Source: Opitutia bacterium (GTDB lineage Bacteria > Verrucomicrobiota > Verrucomicrobiia > Opitutales > Opitutaceae). From it: a DNA stretch of 64,000 nucleotides. The notes beneath the pieces are model-generated. The model was given only the letters and a program-made list of their open reading frames with translations. It was not told where the DNA came from and did not search any database. The position numbers were made by a program, and so were the translations under genes. Below, in pieces: positions 28,915 through 39,324 of this stretch. Location: positions 576,001 through 640,000 of the forward strand of contig CANJVR010000001.1 in assembly GCA_947478395.1 (NCBI GenBank), written 5' to 3'. Numbering within the stretch: the first letter of the stretch is position 1; the number at the start of each line of letters is the position of its first letter.

Positions 28915-31638
28915 TCAAGGCGTGAGCAGCCGGACGGGCCCGAGCAGTCCGAGGGCCGCGAGCGCCACGACCGGAGCCGTCGGCGGACCACCGGCCGGAC
29001 CTGCACCGGCGGCACCGCCACCACGACCACCCGGCATCGGCTCGCTCGCCAACCCGCCGGGTACGCCCGTCGCGAGGACCGCACGCGGTGCGCCCGCCGC
29101 CGTAACACCCGGGCGCTGACCACGACCCGCGCCACCGCCAAAGCCAGTGCCGGCCGCGACCGGCGGCTGGACTTGAACCTCGAGCGTGTTCTCGCCGCTT
29201 TTTAAAGCGCCGGTCACATCCCACAAATAAGGAGCCCAACCCCGCGCGGAAAATTCAGTGCCGTTGACGCGGATGCGCGCGATATCGTGCACGTTGCCAA
29301 GATCGAGATAAGTGCGTTGGGCCGCCGACACCGTCGCGGCCAACGTGAACGTTTTCCGGTATTCCGCCGTGCCGGTGAACGGTTGGGGGCTAAGCGCGCT
29401 CCACGGCTTGAGCACCGACGTCGCTTGTTTTTCACCGAGGGCGATCGACCATTCTCCGCTCAGTTCGGCGACGGTCCGAGCGACCGCGGCGTTCAGTGCG
29501 GGTTGAGCCGCGGCCGCCGGGAGCGGTCCGATGACGACGAAACGCGATTCCTGCGGCGCAAACGTGAGCGACACCGCCACGCTGCCTTTCGCCGGCACCG
29601 CACCTGCCAGCGCTTGAATGCTGCCGCTCGTTGCATCCCAAACTTGGACCTGTCCAGTGCCGTCAAGCGTCACCGTACGCGATTGAGTCTGATTGGATTC
29701 GTTGAAGAAAAAATACACGTCGCCGTCCTTCAGCGTCCGGTGAATGTACTTCAACGGCGCGCAGGCCGCGTCGAGCTTCACGTCGGCCTTGGGCAACGCG
29801 GCGAGGACCCGCTCGGTCACGTCAGGCTGCGGTTCAAGCGTCGCGAAACTCAGATCGGGCGGCGTCGCCGTCGCTTGCAGGAAACTGTTTTCGCGGACCA
29901 TCGTGGGCGGGCGGCCGACGAACACCACCTTGCCACCGGCGCCAGCGAACGCGCGCAGGCGATCCAGCATTTTCTTACTGATCACGGTGGACGTGGGCAC
30001 GATCACCGCGCGGTAAATTTGGCCGCTCAGATTTTTGAACGTGCCGCCTTCGAGCGTACACACCGTCGAGAGCGAGTCCTCATCAATGGCGTCGAAATCG
30101 ATTTGATGCTCCATCAGCTGCGTCGTGAGTTTCACGTTTACCGCGTCGGCCGCCTGATCGCCGAGCCACAGGCTATCGGTCGGATGAAACAACGCGACCT
30201 GGGCCGCCGGGCGCCCCATAGTCAGAAGATAACTGGCCCGACTGACATAGTTGCCGGTAGCGGCGGCGGCATTCAGCAACGGAGTTGAATCGATCGGCGC
30301 TGGATTGTTTAGACCGCGAATGTTGAGCGAGTTAATCCCGCGCACGAACTGGTAGTCGGCCACGAATTTTCCCGTCTGCCCCAAACCACCGCCGGCCTCG
30401 GTCCAGACCATCGGCCGACCGAACACGTGGGCGGCCGCGGCGGCGAGCTTCGGAAAATCCGCGACGATGCCGGGACCGATTTGGCTGAGATTGTCCACGC
30501 CGGGCACGCCGACGAAGCGCATCGCCCGGAAGAACGAGCCTTCGTTGCGAATGAGATCTTCGCCGCGCGCGAGATCGAGCATGAGTTCCTCGTGGTTGAG
30601 ATGGACCATGTATTCCATACCGCGTGCCTTGCACCAGTCCTGTTGCGGCTTGAAGAAATTATCGCGGAAGAGCGCGCTCCACACGTCCCAATAATCGGCT
30701 TTGGCGCGCGTCGCTTCGGGCGAAAGCTCGGTGCCGAAAAATTCCGCGATGTACGGCGCGAGATCGTAGCCTTTTTCCTTTTTGAAAATTTCCAGGAGCT
30801 GGGGCGTCCACGGCATGAAGCCGGTGTAATCCGGCTCGTCCCCGCGAAAGCCCAGAATGGTTTTCCCGAATTCGTCGCCGACGAGTTTCTCGTAGGTCTC
30901 AAAAATAACCTTCAGGTAAACGCGCGTGGCGGCGGGATCGAGATAGTCGAACACGGAGTAAAGGCTGTCTTTGTCCGCCGTGCCATCCTCGCGATTCGTA
31001 TAGCGCGTGGGGGAGCTGCGGTAGACGTGACGCACAAACACCACCTCGCTCAGGCCGGGATTCGGCGCGGTGAATTGAAAGAGTCCGCTCGCGGGAATCG
31101 GCAGCGCTTTGCTCGTCCGCGTGCTACGATTGTACGCTAGGACACCGAGCGTATCGGGCGGCACGGGAATTTTCAGTGTCTGGCCGGCGGCGACGGAATA
31201 GCGCCCATCGGCGACGATGCCCTGCATGCCGAGTTCGGGATAATCGCGGCTGATCGCACCGCCCGCGAAACCATCGGGATAGCCAGCCTCGTCCTCGATC
31301 CACATTTTTAGTCCGCGCTTCTTGCATTCCTCGACCGCGAATTTGACCAAGGCGAGATATTCGGGCGTGAAATACTTCGGCTGCAGACCGCGCGAGTTGT
31401 TGATCATATAAGCGCCGCCACCGCTGGCGACGATGCGGTCGAGATCAGCGACGATGCGTTCCTTGCTCTGCGGCCCGCCCCAGATCGACCAGTGAATTGC
31501 GCGGTACTCGTTCGGCGGTTGAGGAAAGGCAACGGCGGCCTCGGCCACCGTCGGCATCATAATTTCCTGCCACGGCTGGGCGGCCTTCAGGATAAACGGT
31601 AGGGCCAACAATGACGCTAATCGGGTCAACATTTTCAT
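28915..31638 (-). CDS. Glycoside hydrolase family 106-like (alpha-L-rhamnosidase-like), secreted
   Basis: WIEDEAGYPDGFAGG, GFRGDEPD, DVYFFFNES and YLDLGNVHDIARIRVNG; ends GLLGPVRL. Confidence 0.8.
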   Translation of the reverse strand: MKMLTRLASLLALPFILKAAQPWQEIMMPTVAEAAVAFPQPPNEYRAIHWSIWGGPQSKERIVADLDRIVASGGGAYMINNSRGLQPKYFTPEYLALVKFAVEECKKRGLKMWIEDEAGYPDGFAGGAISRDYPELGMQGIVADGRYSVAAGQTLKIPVPPDTLGVLAYNRSTRTSKALPIPASGLFQFTAPNPGLSEVVFVRHVYRSSPTRYTNREDGTADKDSLYSVFDYLDPAATRVYLKVIFETYEKLVGDEFGKTILGFRGDEPDYTGFMPWTPQLLEIFKKEKGYDLAPYIAEFFGTELSPEATRAKADYWDVWSALFRDNFFKPQQDWCKARGMEYMVHLNHEELMLDLARGEDLIRNEGSFFRAMRFVGVPGVDNLSQIGPGIVADFPKLAAAAAHVFGRPMVWTEAGGGLGQTGKFVADYQFVRGINSLNIRGLNNPAPIDSTPLLNAAAATGNYVSRASYLLTMGRPAAQVALFHPTDSLWLGDQAADAVNVKLTTQLMEHQIDFDAIDEDSLSTVCTLEGGTFKNLSGQIYRAVIVPTSTVISKKMLDRLRAFAGAGGKVVFVGRPPTMVRENSFLQATATPPDLSFATLEPQPDVTERVLAALPKADVKLDAACAPLKYIHRTLKDGDVYFFFNESNQTQSRTVTLDGTGQVQVWDATSGSIQALAGAVPAKGSVAVSLTFAPQESRFVVIGPLPAAAAQPALNAAVARTVAELSGEWSIALGEKQATSVLKPWSALSPQPFTGTAEYRKTFTLAATVSAAQRTYLDLGNVHDIARIRVNGTEFSARGWAPYLWDVTGALKSGENTLEVQVQPPVAAGTGFGGGAGRGQRPGVTAAGAPRAVLATGVPGGLASEPMPGGRGGGAAGAGPAGGPPTAPVVALAALGLLGPVRLLTP

Positions 31639-31761
31639 AGGAATATCTCCAAAGCCTGGGGTGGACACGCCCGCCAGACGAAGAAGGCGGTCGCTTGTTG
31701 CTGAAAAAGCCTCCCCTAGCGTGCCGCAACCGTTTCCTGCCAGCGAAGCATCTAATGAAAG

Positions 31762-31835
31762 TGGAGCGGCTAGTCAGAATCGAACTGACGAGACCACTTT
31801 GGAAGAGTGGAGTTTTACCACTAAACTATAGCCGC
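31762..31835 (-). tRNA. tRNA-Gly (TCC)
   Basis: Reverse complement is GCGGCTATAGTTTAGTGGTAAAACT-CCACT-CTTCCAA-AGTGG-TCTC-GTCAG-TTCGATT-CTGAC-TAGCCGC-TCCA, a full cloverleaf with encoded CCA. Confidence 0.96.
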
Positions 31836-31918
31836 GAACTCAACCCCAGCGTCGACGGGCGCAGGCACGTGGTCAAGCGGGGATCTAGGTTTCAGGTTTG
31901 GAAACGGGGGTTTTGAGT

Positions 31919-32045
31919 CCGGGGTACGTCGGTGCCGAACGGCAGCGATCACGACGCTGCAGACCAAGCCCTGCGTGCCAATACCTAGGGAAGACTCTGC
32001 CAAGCTCACTACGCTCTGCCAAGCGAAGCGGCACACCGCGATTGA
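31919..32045. ncRNA. Candidate structured non-coding RNA (unassigned)
   Basis: Complementary ends, several internal hairpins and a duplicated GCTTGGCAGAG motif. Confidence 0.35.
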
Positions 32046-32292
32046 GTCTATTAGAGACAAGGGGGCCAGCTGGGCCGGGCGGCATCAGCCGTTCACGCTA
32101 CCGACGTCACGCTCGCCCTAATGCGAAGCGCAGCGGAGTTAATAGCTGGCGTGCAACCGCGGCCTGCGATTGCGGTCGCACGCCGCGCCGGAATATCTTT
32201 CCCCAGAATATGACTTGAAACGCCGGGGTGTTCGCTGAGTCTTCGCAGGCTTTGGCGCCCACTTGCGGCGCCTTCCTTTACTGAATCGCCAC

Positions 32293-33591
32293 ATGCGCCC
32301 GTCCAAATTCCTTTCCCGTCTCTTGCGTTGGGAGCTCGCCCTCGGCGCGCTCGCGCTGCTGTCCGGCTGCGACATCAATTTCTGGCGGATGGACGGCCAT
32401 CAGTCGACGATCGACGTCAACGGCCCCGTCGCACGTTCCCAACTGAACGTGTTTTATGTGACATGCTGGGTAACCGCCGCGATTTTCGTCATCGTGGGCG
32501 GCGTCCTCGCGTATGCGACGATCAAATTTCGGGCCCGCACGCTAGAAGATGAACGGGCCGTTCCGCCTGAACAAGGCCATGGCAACCCGCTCATCGAGGT
32601 CGGCCTGATCGGCGCCTCGGTCCTAGCGCTCGTGATCATCGCTGTTCCCACTCTCCGCGCCATTTTCTACACCTACGACGTACCGGAAGCCCAGAAGGGC
32701 AACAGCTACGAAATCACGGCGACCGGCCTGCAGTGGTGGTTCAAATTCGACTACCCTTCCGAACAAATCAACGGCGTCGGGACACTCACAACGAGCAATG
32801 AGCTCGTGATTCCCGCCGGCCGGCCGGTCCGCATCAATGTGCGCAGCTCCGATGTTATCCACAGTTTCTGGGTGCCGAAGCTCGCGGGCAAAGTAGACAT
32901 GATCCCCAACCGGGCGAACTTCCTCTGGTTGCAGGCCGATGAACCGGGTTATTTCTGGGGTCAGTGCGCCGAGTACTGCGGCGATTCGCACGCCGTCATG
33001 CGCTTCCGCGTTGTGGCCCTCGCGCAGAAAGAATTCGACGAGTGGGTCGCGCAGCAAGCCGCCCCCGCCCGTAATGTAGCGGCGTCGGCCGTCGCCGCCA
33101 CCGCTGCGGCGCCCCGCGCGCAGTTAGCCGCGCTGCGCACCTATGCCCAGAACGAAAGCGGGATTTCCAATCTGTATGAGTCGAAGCCACTCGATTCCTG
33201 GCGCACCAAGCAGTCACCGGAAAAAGCCGAAGACGCTGCGCTGATCGCGACGGGCAAGGCCCTGTTCCTCTCCAAATCCTGTTCGAGCTGCCACACCGTG
33301 CGCGGCCACGAGATCAACGGCGTTCCTTTCGGAGGACTCACCGCTCCCAATCTCACCCACGTCGGCTCGCGCTCCACGATCGCCGCCGGCCTCCTCGAAA
33401 ATAATCCCGAGCAACTGCGCCGCTGGATTCACAATCCCGGAGCCGTAAAGCCAGGCAACAAGATGTACGTCGGCATCGGCGGCATGGCCGGCTACATGAA
33501 GAAAAACGAGCAGGGCGAATGGGTGCCTAACATCACCCTTACCGCCGATGACGAAGTCGCTCTCGTCGCCTATCTCCAAAGCCTCAAGTAA
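32293..33591 (+). CDS. coxB: Cytochrome c oxidase subunit II with fused cytochrome c (caa3 type), lipoprotein
   Basis: Lipobox LSGC, DVIHSFWVP, CuA motif CAEYCGDSHAVM and C-terminal CSSCH. Confidence 0.96.
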   Translation: MRPSKFLSRLLRWELALGALALLSGCDINFWRMDGHQSTIDVNGPVARSQLNVFYVTCWVTAAIFVIVGGVLAYATIKFRARTLEDERAVPPEQGHGNPLIEVGLIGASVLALVIIAVPTLRAIFYTYDVPEAQKGNSYEITATGLQWWFKFDYPSEQINGVGTLTTSNELVIPAGRPVRINVRSSDVIHSFWVPKLAGKVDMIPNRANFLWLQADEPGYFWGQCAEYCGDSHAVMRFRVVALAQKEFDEWVAQQAAPARNVAASAVAATAAAPRAQLAALRTYAQNESGISNLYESKPLDSWRTKQSPEKAEDAALIATGKALFLSKSCSSCHTVRGHEINGVPFGGLTAPNLTHVGSRSTIAAGLLENNPEQLRRWIHNPGAVKPGNKMYVGIGGMAGYMKKNEQGEWVPNITLTADDEVALVAYLQSLK

Positions 33592-33600
33592 TTTCCTCTC

Positions 33601-35574
33601 ATGGACGACGCTCTAAAATCTCACCTCCACGGCGGCGAAGCACCGGCCGCCCCCAAGTCTTTCGTCATCTGGCGGCCCACCGCGCAAACCGGGCTCATGA
33701 GCTGGCTGACGACTGTCGATCACAAGAAGATCGGCTTTCTCTACGGGATTTTCGCGCTGTTCTTCTTCCTCGTCGGTGGCGTCGAGGCGCTCCTGATCCG
33801 GATGCAGCTGATGTTTCCGAACGGCACCGTGCTGACCGCGCAGCAGTACAACACGATGTTCACCATGCACGGGACGACGATGATCTTCCTCGCCGTCATG
33901 CCGCTGTCGGCCGCGTTTTTCAATTACATCATGCCGCTGCAAATCGGCGCGCGCGACGTCGCATTTCCCCGGCTCAATGCCTTCTCGCTCTGGACCTTCG
34001 TGGCCGGCGCAATTATCGTAAATCTCGGCTGGTTCATGAAGGATGGCGCACCCGACGCCGGCTGGTTCGGCTACGCTCCGCTGACCGAGAAAGCGTACAA
34101 CCCCGATCACTCGATCGATATGTGGGTGATGGGCCTTCAGCTCCTCGGTGTCGCCTCGATCGCCGCGTCGCTCAATTTCATTGTCACGATTATCAATCTC
34201 CGCGCCCCGGGCATGACGATGATGCGTCTCCCCGTGTTCACCTGGATGACCCTGGTCACGGCGTTCCTAATCGTGCTTTCGTTTCCTTTCATCACGATCG
34301 CGCTCGTCGAGCTGATGATGGACCGCCTCTTCGGCACGAACTTCTTTGAAGTGTCCGGCGGCGGTATGCCGATTCTCTGGCAGCATCTTTTCTGGGTCTT
34401 CGGCCATCCCGAAGTGTACATTTTGATTCTGCCCGCGATGGGCATCATTTCGGAAATCCTGCCGACATTCTCGCGCAAACCGCTGTTCGGTTACCCGATC
34501 GTAGTGTTCTCGGGCGCAGCCATCGGTTTCCTCGGCTTCTCGGTGTGGAGCCATCACATGTTCACGACCGGCATGGGCACGATGGCGACCGCGGCGTTTT
34601 CGTTAGCAACCATGGTGATCGCGGTCCCCACGGGGGTGAAGGTGTTCAATTGGATCGGCACGCTATGGGGCGGCCATATCTCGCTGCGGACGCCCATGAT
34701 GTTTGCCCTCGGCTTCATCTGGATGTTTATGATGGGCGGCTTGTCCGGCATCATGCACTCAGCCGCGCCGGCCGATGCGCAACAGCAGGATAGCTACTTC
34801 GTCATCGCGCACTTTCACTACGTGCTGATCGGCGGCTCGATCTTCGCGCTCCTCGCCGGTATCCACTATTGGTTCCCACTGATGTTCGGCCGCAAGGTCA
34901 GCGAGTTCTGGGGCAAACTTTCGTTTTGGATCATCTTCATCGGCTTTAATACGACGTTCTTCCCGATGCACTTCCTTGGGTTGAACGGCATGCCGCGCCG
35001 CACGTTCACCTACGATGCGAACTTCGGCTGGAACACCGCCAACTTCATCGCGACGATCGGCGCCCTTATCCTCGGCGTCGGCGTCTGCGTCTACTTCGCC
35101 GTGATGGTTTACACGTATTTCAAGGGCGAACGCGTCGGTCGCGATGTGTGGGATGCCCGGACGCTGGAGTGGAGCCTGCCAAATCCGCCACCCGAGTATA
35201 ACTACCGCGTCATCCCGAACGTTCATGCGCGCGATGCCTACTGGTACGTCAAGCAGCACAAAGACGAGGTCGCCAAAGAAGAAGCAGCGCACGCCAAAGA
35301 CGAAGAGGCTCATGGCGGCATCCACATGCCGCACCAATCGATTTATCCGTTCATCGCCAGCCTCGGACTGCTCATCGCGTCCGTCGGCATCGCGGTGATC
35401 GACCACGACCCGAGCCCCGGCTTCTGGGGCAAGAAGATCGGCATCTGTATGATCGGCGGCTTGGTCATGTTGACCGGTATCTATCTTTGGTCATTGGAAG
35501 GCACCGAAGGCTACCACCTTCATCCCGAAGATGAGGAACATGCTGGCCGCGACAAATCAGCGGCGAAGCATTGA
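33601..35574 (+). CDS. ctaD: Cytochrome c oxidase subunit I (A1 type)
   Basis: TVDHKKIG, FGHPEVYILILP, WSHHMF, HFHYV and GMPRR. Confidence 0.97.
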   Translation: MDDALKSHLHGGEAPAAPKSFVIWRPTAQTGLMSWLTTVDHKKIGFLYGIFALFFFLVGGVEALLIRMQLMFPNGTVLTAQQYNTMFTMHGTTMIFLAVMPLSAAFFNYIMPLQIGARDVAFPRLNAFSLWTFVAGAIIVNLGWFMKDGAPDAGWFGYAPLTEKAYNPDHSIDMWVMGLQLLGVASIAASLNFIVTIINLRAPGMTMMRLPVFTWMTLVTAFLIVLSFPFITIALVELMMDRLFGTNFFEVSGGGMPILWQHLFWVFGHPEVYILILPAMGIISEILPTFSRKPLFGYPIVVFSGAAIGFLGFSVWSHHMFTTGMGTMATAAFSLATMVIAVPTGVKVFNWIGTLWGGHISLRTPMMFALGFIWMFMMGGLSGIMHSAAPADAQQQDSYFVIAHFHYVLIGGSIFALLAGIHYWFPLMFGRKVSEFWGKLSFWIIFIGFNTTFFPMHFLGLNGMPRRTFTYDANFGWNTANFIATIGALILGVGVCVYFAVMVYTYFKGERVGRDVWDARTLEWSLPNPPPEYNYRVIPNVHARDAYWYVKQHKDEVAKEEAAHAKDEEAHGGIHMPHQSIYPFIASLGLLIASVGIAVIDHDPSPGFWGKKIGICMIGGLVMLTGIYLWSLEGTEGYHLHPEDEEHAGRDKSAAKH

Positions 35575-35638
35575 GTTCTAGTTCCTATTCTCACCGAATC
35601 GTTTAACTGACCTTCCGTCCTAGCCTTTCCGACCAACC

Positions 35639-36478
35639 ATGAGCAGTCACGCTGGCCCCATCGACCACCATAACGATCCGAGCACTTCGACCGGGATCCC
35701 GAACAAGAAACTGCTCATGTGGACGTTTCTCGCGTCGGACTGCATGTTCTTCGGCGCGCTGATTTCGACCCATCTGATCTATCGGTTGCACCCAATCCCG
35801 GGAGGTCCGGTACCGAAGCAAGTCTTCAGCATCGAGCTCACTTCGTTCTCCACGTTCATCCTCCTGATGTCATCGCTGATGATGGCGTTGGCGGTGACTG
35901 CGATCCAAAAAAATAATCTCAAGAGCTGCCGTTGGTCACTGCTTACCACGATCTTCTTTGGGTCGATTTTTCTGGGGTGTCAGGTCTACGAGTTCACCGA
36001 ATTCGTGCATGAGAAGCACCTGACGATCACGAACAGCACGCTGGGCACTACGTTCTTCACGCTCACCGGCACGCACGGTACCCACGTCGCCATCGGCGTG
36101 TTCTGGCTAATCCTCATGTACGTGCGCTCATTTCAGCCGGTGGACGTTAGCCGCCAGCCGATGTGGTTTGCCCGCAACCTGCTCCATGTTGCCGCCTTGA
36201 TTGGCGTTATCCTGCTCGCGATGTTTTCCACCCTCGGTTTGGTCAGCACCCTCAAGACCGGCGGAACCGTGGGCACCTTCTTCAGCGGGCATTTCGCGAT
36301 GATCGCCGGGTTCGTCGCTTGTAGCGCCGTCTGTGCATTTTTGGGTCGAGCTCGCCACGCGGTCAACTTCAGCGAAATCAACGCGATCGATGTCGAATCA
36401 ATGGGTCTCTACTGGCACTTCGTCGACATCGTTTGGATCGTGATTTTCACCGCGGTTTACCTGCTTGAATACCTCTGA
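35639..36478 (+). CDS. ctaE: Cytochrome c oxidase subunit III with internal insertion
   Basis: MWTFLASDCMFFG, TGTHGTHV and GLYWHFVDIVW. Confidence 0.92.
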   Translation: MSSHAGPIDHHNDPSTSTGIPNKKLLMWTFLASDCMFFGALISTHLIYRLHPIPGGPVPKQVFSIELTSFSTFILLMSSLMMALAVTAIQKNNLKSCRWSLLTTIFFGSIFLGCQVYEFTEFVHEKHLTITNSTLGTTFFTLTGTHGTHVAIGVFWLILMYVRSFQPVDVSRQPMWFARNLLHVAALIGVILLAMFSTLGLVSTLKTGGTVGTFFSGHFAMIAGFVACSAVCAFLGRARHAVNFSEINAIDVESMGLYWHFVDIVWIVIFTAVYLLEYL

Positions 36479-36521
36479 GGCGATCCGCAGGTAAATTTAC
36501 CACCTCCTTTTTAAATTAACT

Positions 36522-36866
36522 ATGAGTTCCGCCACCGCTCACGCTCCGGCTGCCGATCACGGCCACCACGAGGAAAGCAAATTCCAGATCTACGTGCAGA
36601 TCGCGATGCTGCTCGCTGTCATCACCGGCGTCGAAATCATCGGCGTCTACTTGCCGTTCGCCAAATGGCTCATCGTCACCGCGCTGGTGGTGCTCTCCGT
36701 GGTGAAATTCATGTACGTGATTTTCTTTTTCATGCACCTGCGCTGGGACAAACCCTTTTGCACGGTCATGTTTTTTATAGGGCTCGTCCTCGCCACAGGG
36801 ACAGTCTGGGCGCTACTGCTGCTATTTAGCGTGAAGGATGGCATCCCGCTGTCGGCGCTACCCTAA
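36522..36866 (+). CDS. Cytochrome c oxidase subunit IV family protein
   Basis: Three TM helices, FFMHLRWD, and position in the operon. Confidence 0.88.
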   Translation: MSSATAHAPAADHGHHEESKFQIYVQIAMLLAVITGVEIIGVYLPFAKWLIVTALVVLSVVKFMYVIFFFMHLRWDKPFCTVMFFIGLVLATGTVWALLLLFSVKDGIPLSALP

Positions 36867-36895
36867 CCAGGCTACCCGCGCCTCGTCACGGATTC

Positions 36896-36922
36896 GCCCG
36901 GGCCACGCGCCCGGGCTTTTTA
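36896..36922 (+). terminator. Rho-independent terminator of the cox operon
   Basis: GCCCGGGC-CACGC-GCCCGGGC followed by TTTTT. Confidence 0.7.
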
Positions 36923-37237
36923 TTTGGCCGAGAACGCCGGGAGTGATGCGAGCCCTCGCCCCGTGTTCCGAAAAGCGGCCGGGAATTACACAACCCACCT
37001 TGCGGAGCGTATAAAATAGCCCTCGCCCAGTCGTGGTCTTATCAAAAGTGCACCATAACAATCCGCTGAATGATTGTTTACGCTGGAAACCGATGCAACG
37101 AAGGGAACGACTAGATTTGCCCCGACTTCCGCGGTAACCTATTCGCTGATGAGGCTGGCGTTCGCGAAAACTGGATAAGCTCCTTTCTTTCTCCGGTCCC
37201 TCCGTTTCCTCCTTTAAATGCATTTCTCCGCTTCTCC

Positions 37238-38071
37238 ATGATCGACTGGCGCCACTGGCACAACGAACCGTACCTCGTCGGCGGGCTCGTGTTCTTCGGC
37301 TGGCTCTACGCGTTGCTCGCGGGACCGCTCCGCGCGCGTCTATTGCAACGCTCTGGGCTGACCCCGGAACTCGCTGCGGCCGCGCCGTTCCCGCGCGCGA
37401 AGGCGGTGAAGTTCTACCTCTCGCTGACGATCTTCTATTTGGCCGTCGGTTCGCCGTTGGATCAAATCGGCGAGCGTTTCCTTTTCAGTGCCCACATGCT
37501 TCAGCATCAGCTGCTGATTTACCCGTCGGCCATTTTATTTCTGCTCGGGATCCCGGCGTGGATGATCGACCCGGTCCTGGGCGCTCCTTCCGTGCACCGG
37601 CTGCTTCGACTGATCAGTGCCCCACTGTCGTGCGGCCTCATCTACACGCTCGTGATCAGCCTGTGGCACGCCCCGCTCGCGTATGACTGGGCCCTGCAGA
37701 ACAAGGTCGTGCACGTCGCAGAGCATCTGATGTTTTTCGGCGCGGCGCTTTTCTATTGGTGGCCGCTCTTGAGTCCATCGCGGGCACTCCCACCGATCCC
37801 CCATGGTGCGCGGATGATCTATTTGCTCGGCGTACTCATAGCGATGACGCCCATCTTCGCCTACATCACGTTTTCGGAAACCATCCTCTATCCCACCTAC
37901 GAATTCGCCCCGCGCCTGCTGGCTAATTTTTCCGCGACCGACGATCAGCTCATCGCCGGCGTCGGCATGAAGATCGTCGGCATGGGCGTCGCTCTGACCA
38001 CGTTTGCCATTAATTTTTACCGCTGGCATCAGGCCTCGGAGCAAAAGAATTCCGACCGGCGCGGCCGCTGA
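37238..38071 (+). CDS. ctaG: caa3-type cytochrome c oxidase assembly factor
   Basis: SPLD..GERFLFSAHMLQHQLL, WHAP and DQLIAG; follows the cox operon. Confidence 0.88.
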   Translation: MIDWRHWHNEPYLVGGLVFFGWLYALLAGPLRARLLQRSGLTPELAAAAPFPRAKAVKFYLSLTIFYLAVGSPLDQIGERFLFSAHMLQHQLLIYPSAILFLLGIPAWMIDPVLGAPSVHRLLRLISAPLSCGLIYTLVISLWHAPLAYDWALQNKVVHVAEHLMFFGAALFYWWPLLSPSRALPPIPHGARMIYLLGVLIAMTPIFAYITFSETILYPTYEFAPRLLANFSATDDQLIAGVGMKIVGMGVALTTFAINFYRWHQASEQKNSDRRGR

Positions 38072-38281
38072 CTTGGGCCAAGCCGTCTCCACGCGTAACT
38101 CTACCGACGCCCAACACAAGAGCGCGGCCGCTGACTTCTCTGCCGCGGCCTCGGCTGCACGCAGGAGAATGAGGACGTTGCCGCTCCAAATTTTTGCGGC
38201 GCTGGCCTCCGTGTAGCCGGCCGAGATCAAGGCCCGCCATCGGCAAGACGGCGGGCTTGGATCTACGAACTAGTTAAAACC

Positions 38282-39274
38282 TTACGTAGCCGCCGCGGGC
38301 GCCGGCGCGAACAAATCGTCGACGTTGTCGCTTTCGACATTCACGTCGGCGAACAACCACGAGGAGAGATAACGCTCCGACGCGGACGGAATGATCGCGA
38401 CGATCTGCTTGCCTTTGTTTTCCGGACGCTTGGCGAGTTGGAGCGCGGTCCAGACCGCGGCGCCAGAGGAAATGCCAATCGGAATGCCGTCGAGCTGGTT
38501 GACCTGTTTCGACACCGGACCGGAGTCAGCTTCCTTCACGCGGATCACCTCATCGTAAATCTTGGTGTTAAGCACCGCGGGGACGAAGCCAGCGCCGATA
38601 CCCTGAAGTTTATGCGGGCCAGGAGCGCCGCCGGAGAGCACAGGTGAGGCGTCGGGCTCGATCGCGATGATCTTGATCGAAGGCTTGCGGGCTTTGAGGA
38701 CCTCACCCACGCCGGTGATCGTGCCGCCGGTACCGATGCCGGAAACGACGAAGTCGACCTTGCCGTCGGTGTCGCGCCAAATTTCCTCCGCAGTCGTGCG
38801 GCGGTGAACCTCGGGGTTGGCGGGATTGGCGAACTGTTGAAGAATGAGTGCGCCGGGAATCTTCGCGGCGAGTTCCTCGGCCTTGGCGATCGCGCCCTTC
38901 ATGCCCTTCGCGCCCTCGGTGAGGACGAGTTTGGCGCCGAGAATCTTGAGGAGCTTGCGCCGCTCCATCGTCATCGTCTCGGGCATCGTGAGGATCAGCT
39001 TCAGCCCTTTCGCGGCGGCGACGAACGCGAGCGCGATACCCGTGTTGCCGCTGGTCGGCTCGATCAGAATCGAATCCTTGGTGATCTTTCCGCTCTTCAA
39101 GGCGTCGTCGATCATCGCGAAGCCGATACGGTCTTTAATGCTTGAGAGGGGGTTGAAGAATTCGAGCTTCAGGAGGATTTCAGCCTGCGCGCCGTGGGCG
39201 GCAGCGGTGCGGTTGAGGCGAACCAACGGGGTGTTGCCGATGGTTTCGGTGATGTCGTTGTATATTTTGGCCAT
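38282..39274 (-). CDS. cysK: Cysteine synthase A
   Basis: [28 protein letters not shown] and [10 protein letters not shown]. Start MAKIYNDIT. Confidence 0.96.
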   Translation of the reverse strand: MAKIYNDITETIGNTPLVRLNRTAAAHGAQAEILLKLEFFNPLSSIKDRIGFAMIDDALKSGKITKDSILIEPTSGNTGIALAFVAAAKGLKLILTMPETMTMERRKLLKILGAKLVLTEGAKGMKGAIAKAEELAAKIPGALILQQFANPANPEVHRRTTAEEIWRDTDGKVDFVVSGIGTGGTITGVGEVLKARKPSIKIIAIEPDASPVLSGGAPGPHKLQGIGAGFVPAVLNTKIYDEVIRVKEADSGPVSKQVNQLDGIPIGISSGAAVWTALQLAKRPENKGKQIVAIIPSASERYLSSWLFADVNVESDNVDDLFAPAPAAAT

Positions 39275-39324
39275 GTGGGTCGTGGGTTGAGGATGAAAAC
39301 GAGAATGGGTTGAAGCGGCGCCGG

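Noticed and set aside
37140..37185. Hammerhead-like CTGATGAG...CGAAA between the cox operon and ctaG
   Set aside because: Stem II does not pair beyond the first base pair, and stem III would need an extra A in the core.
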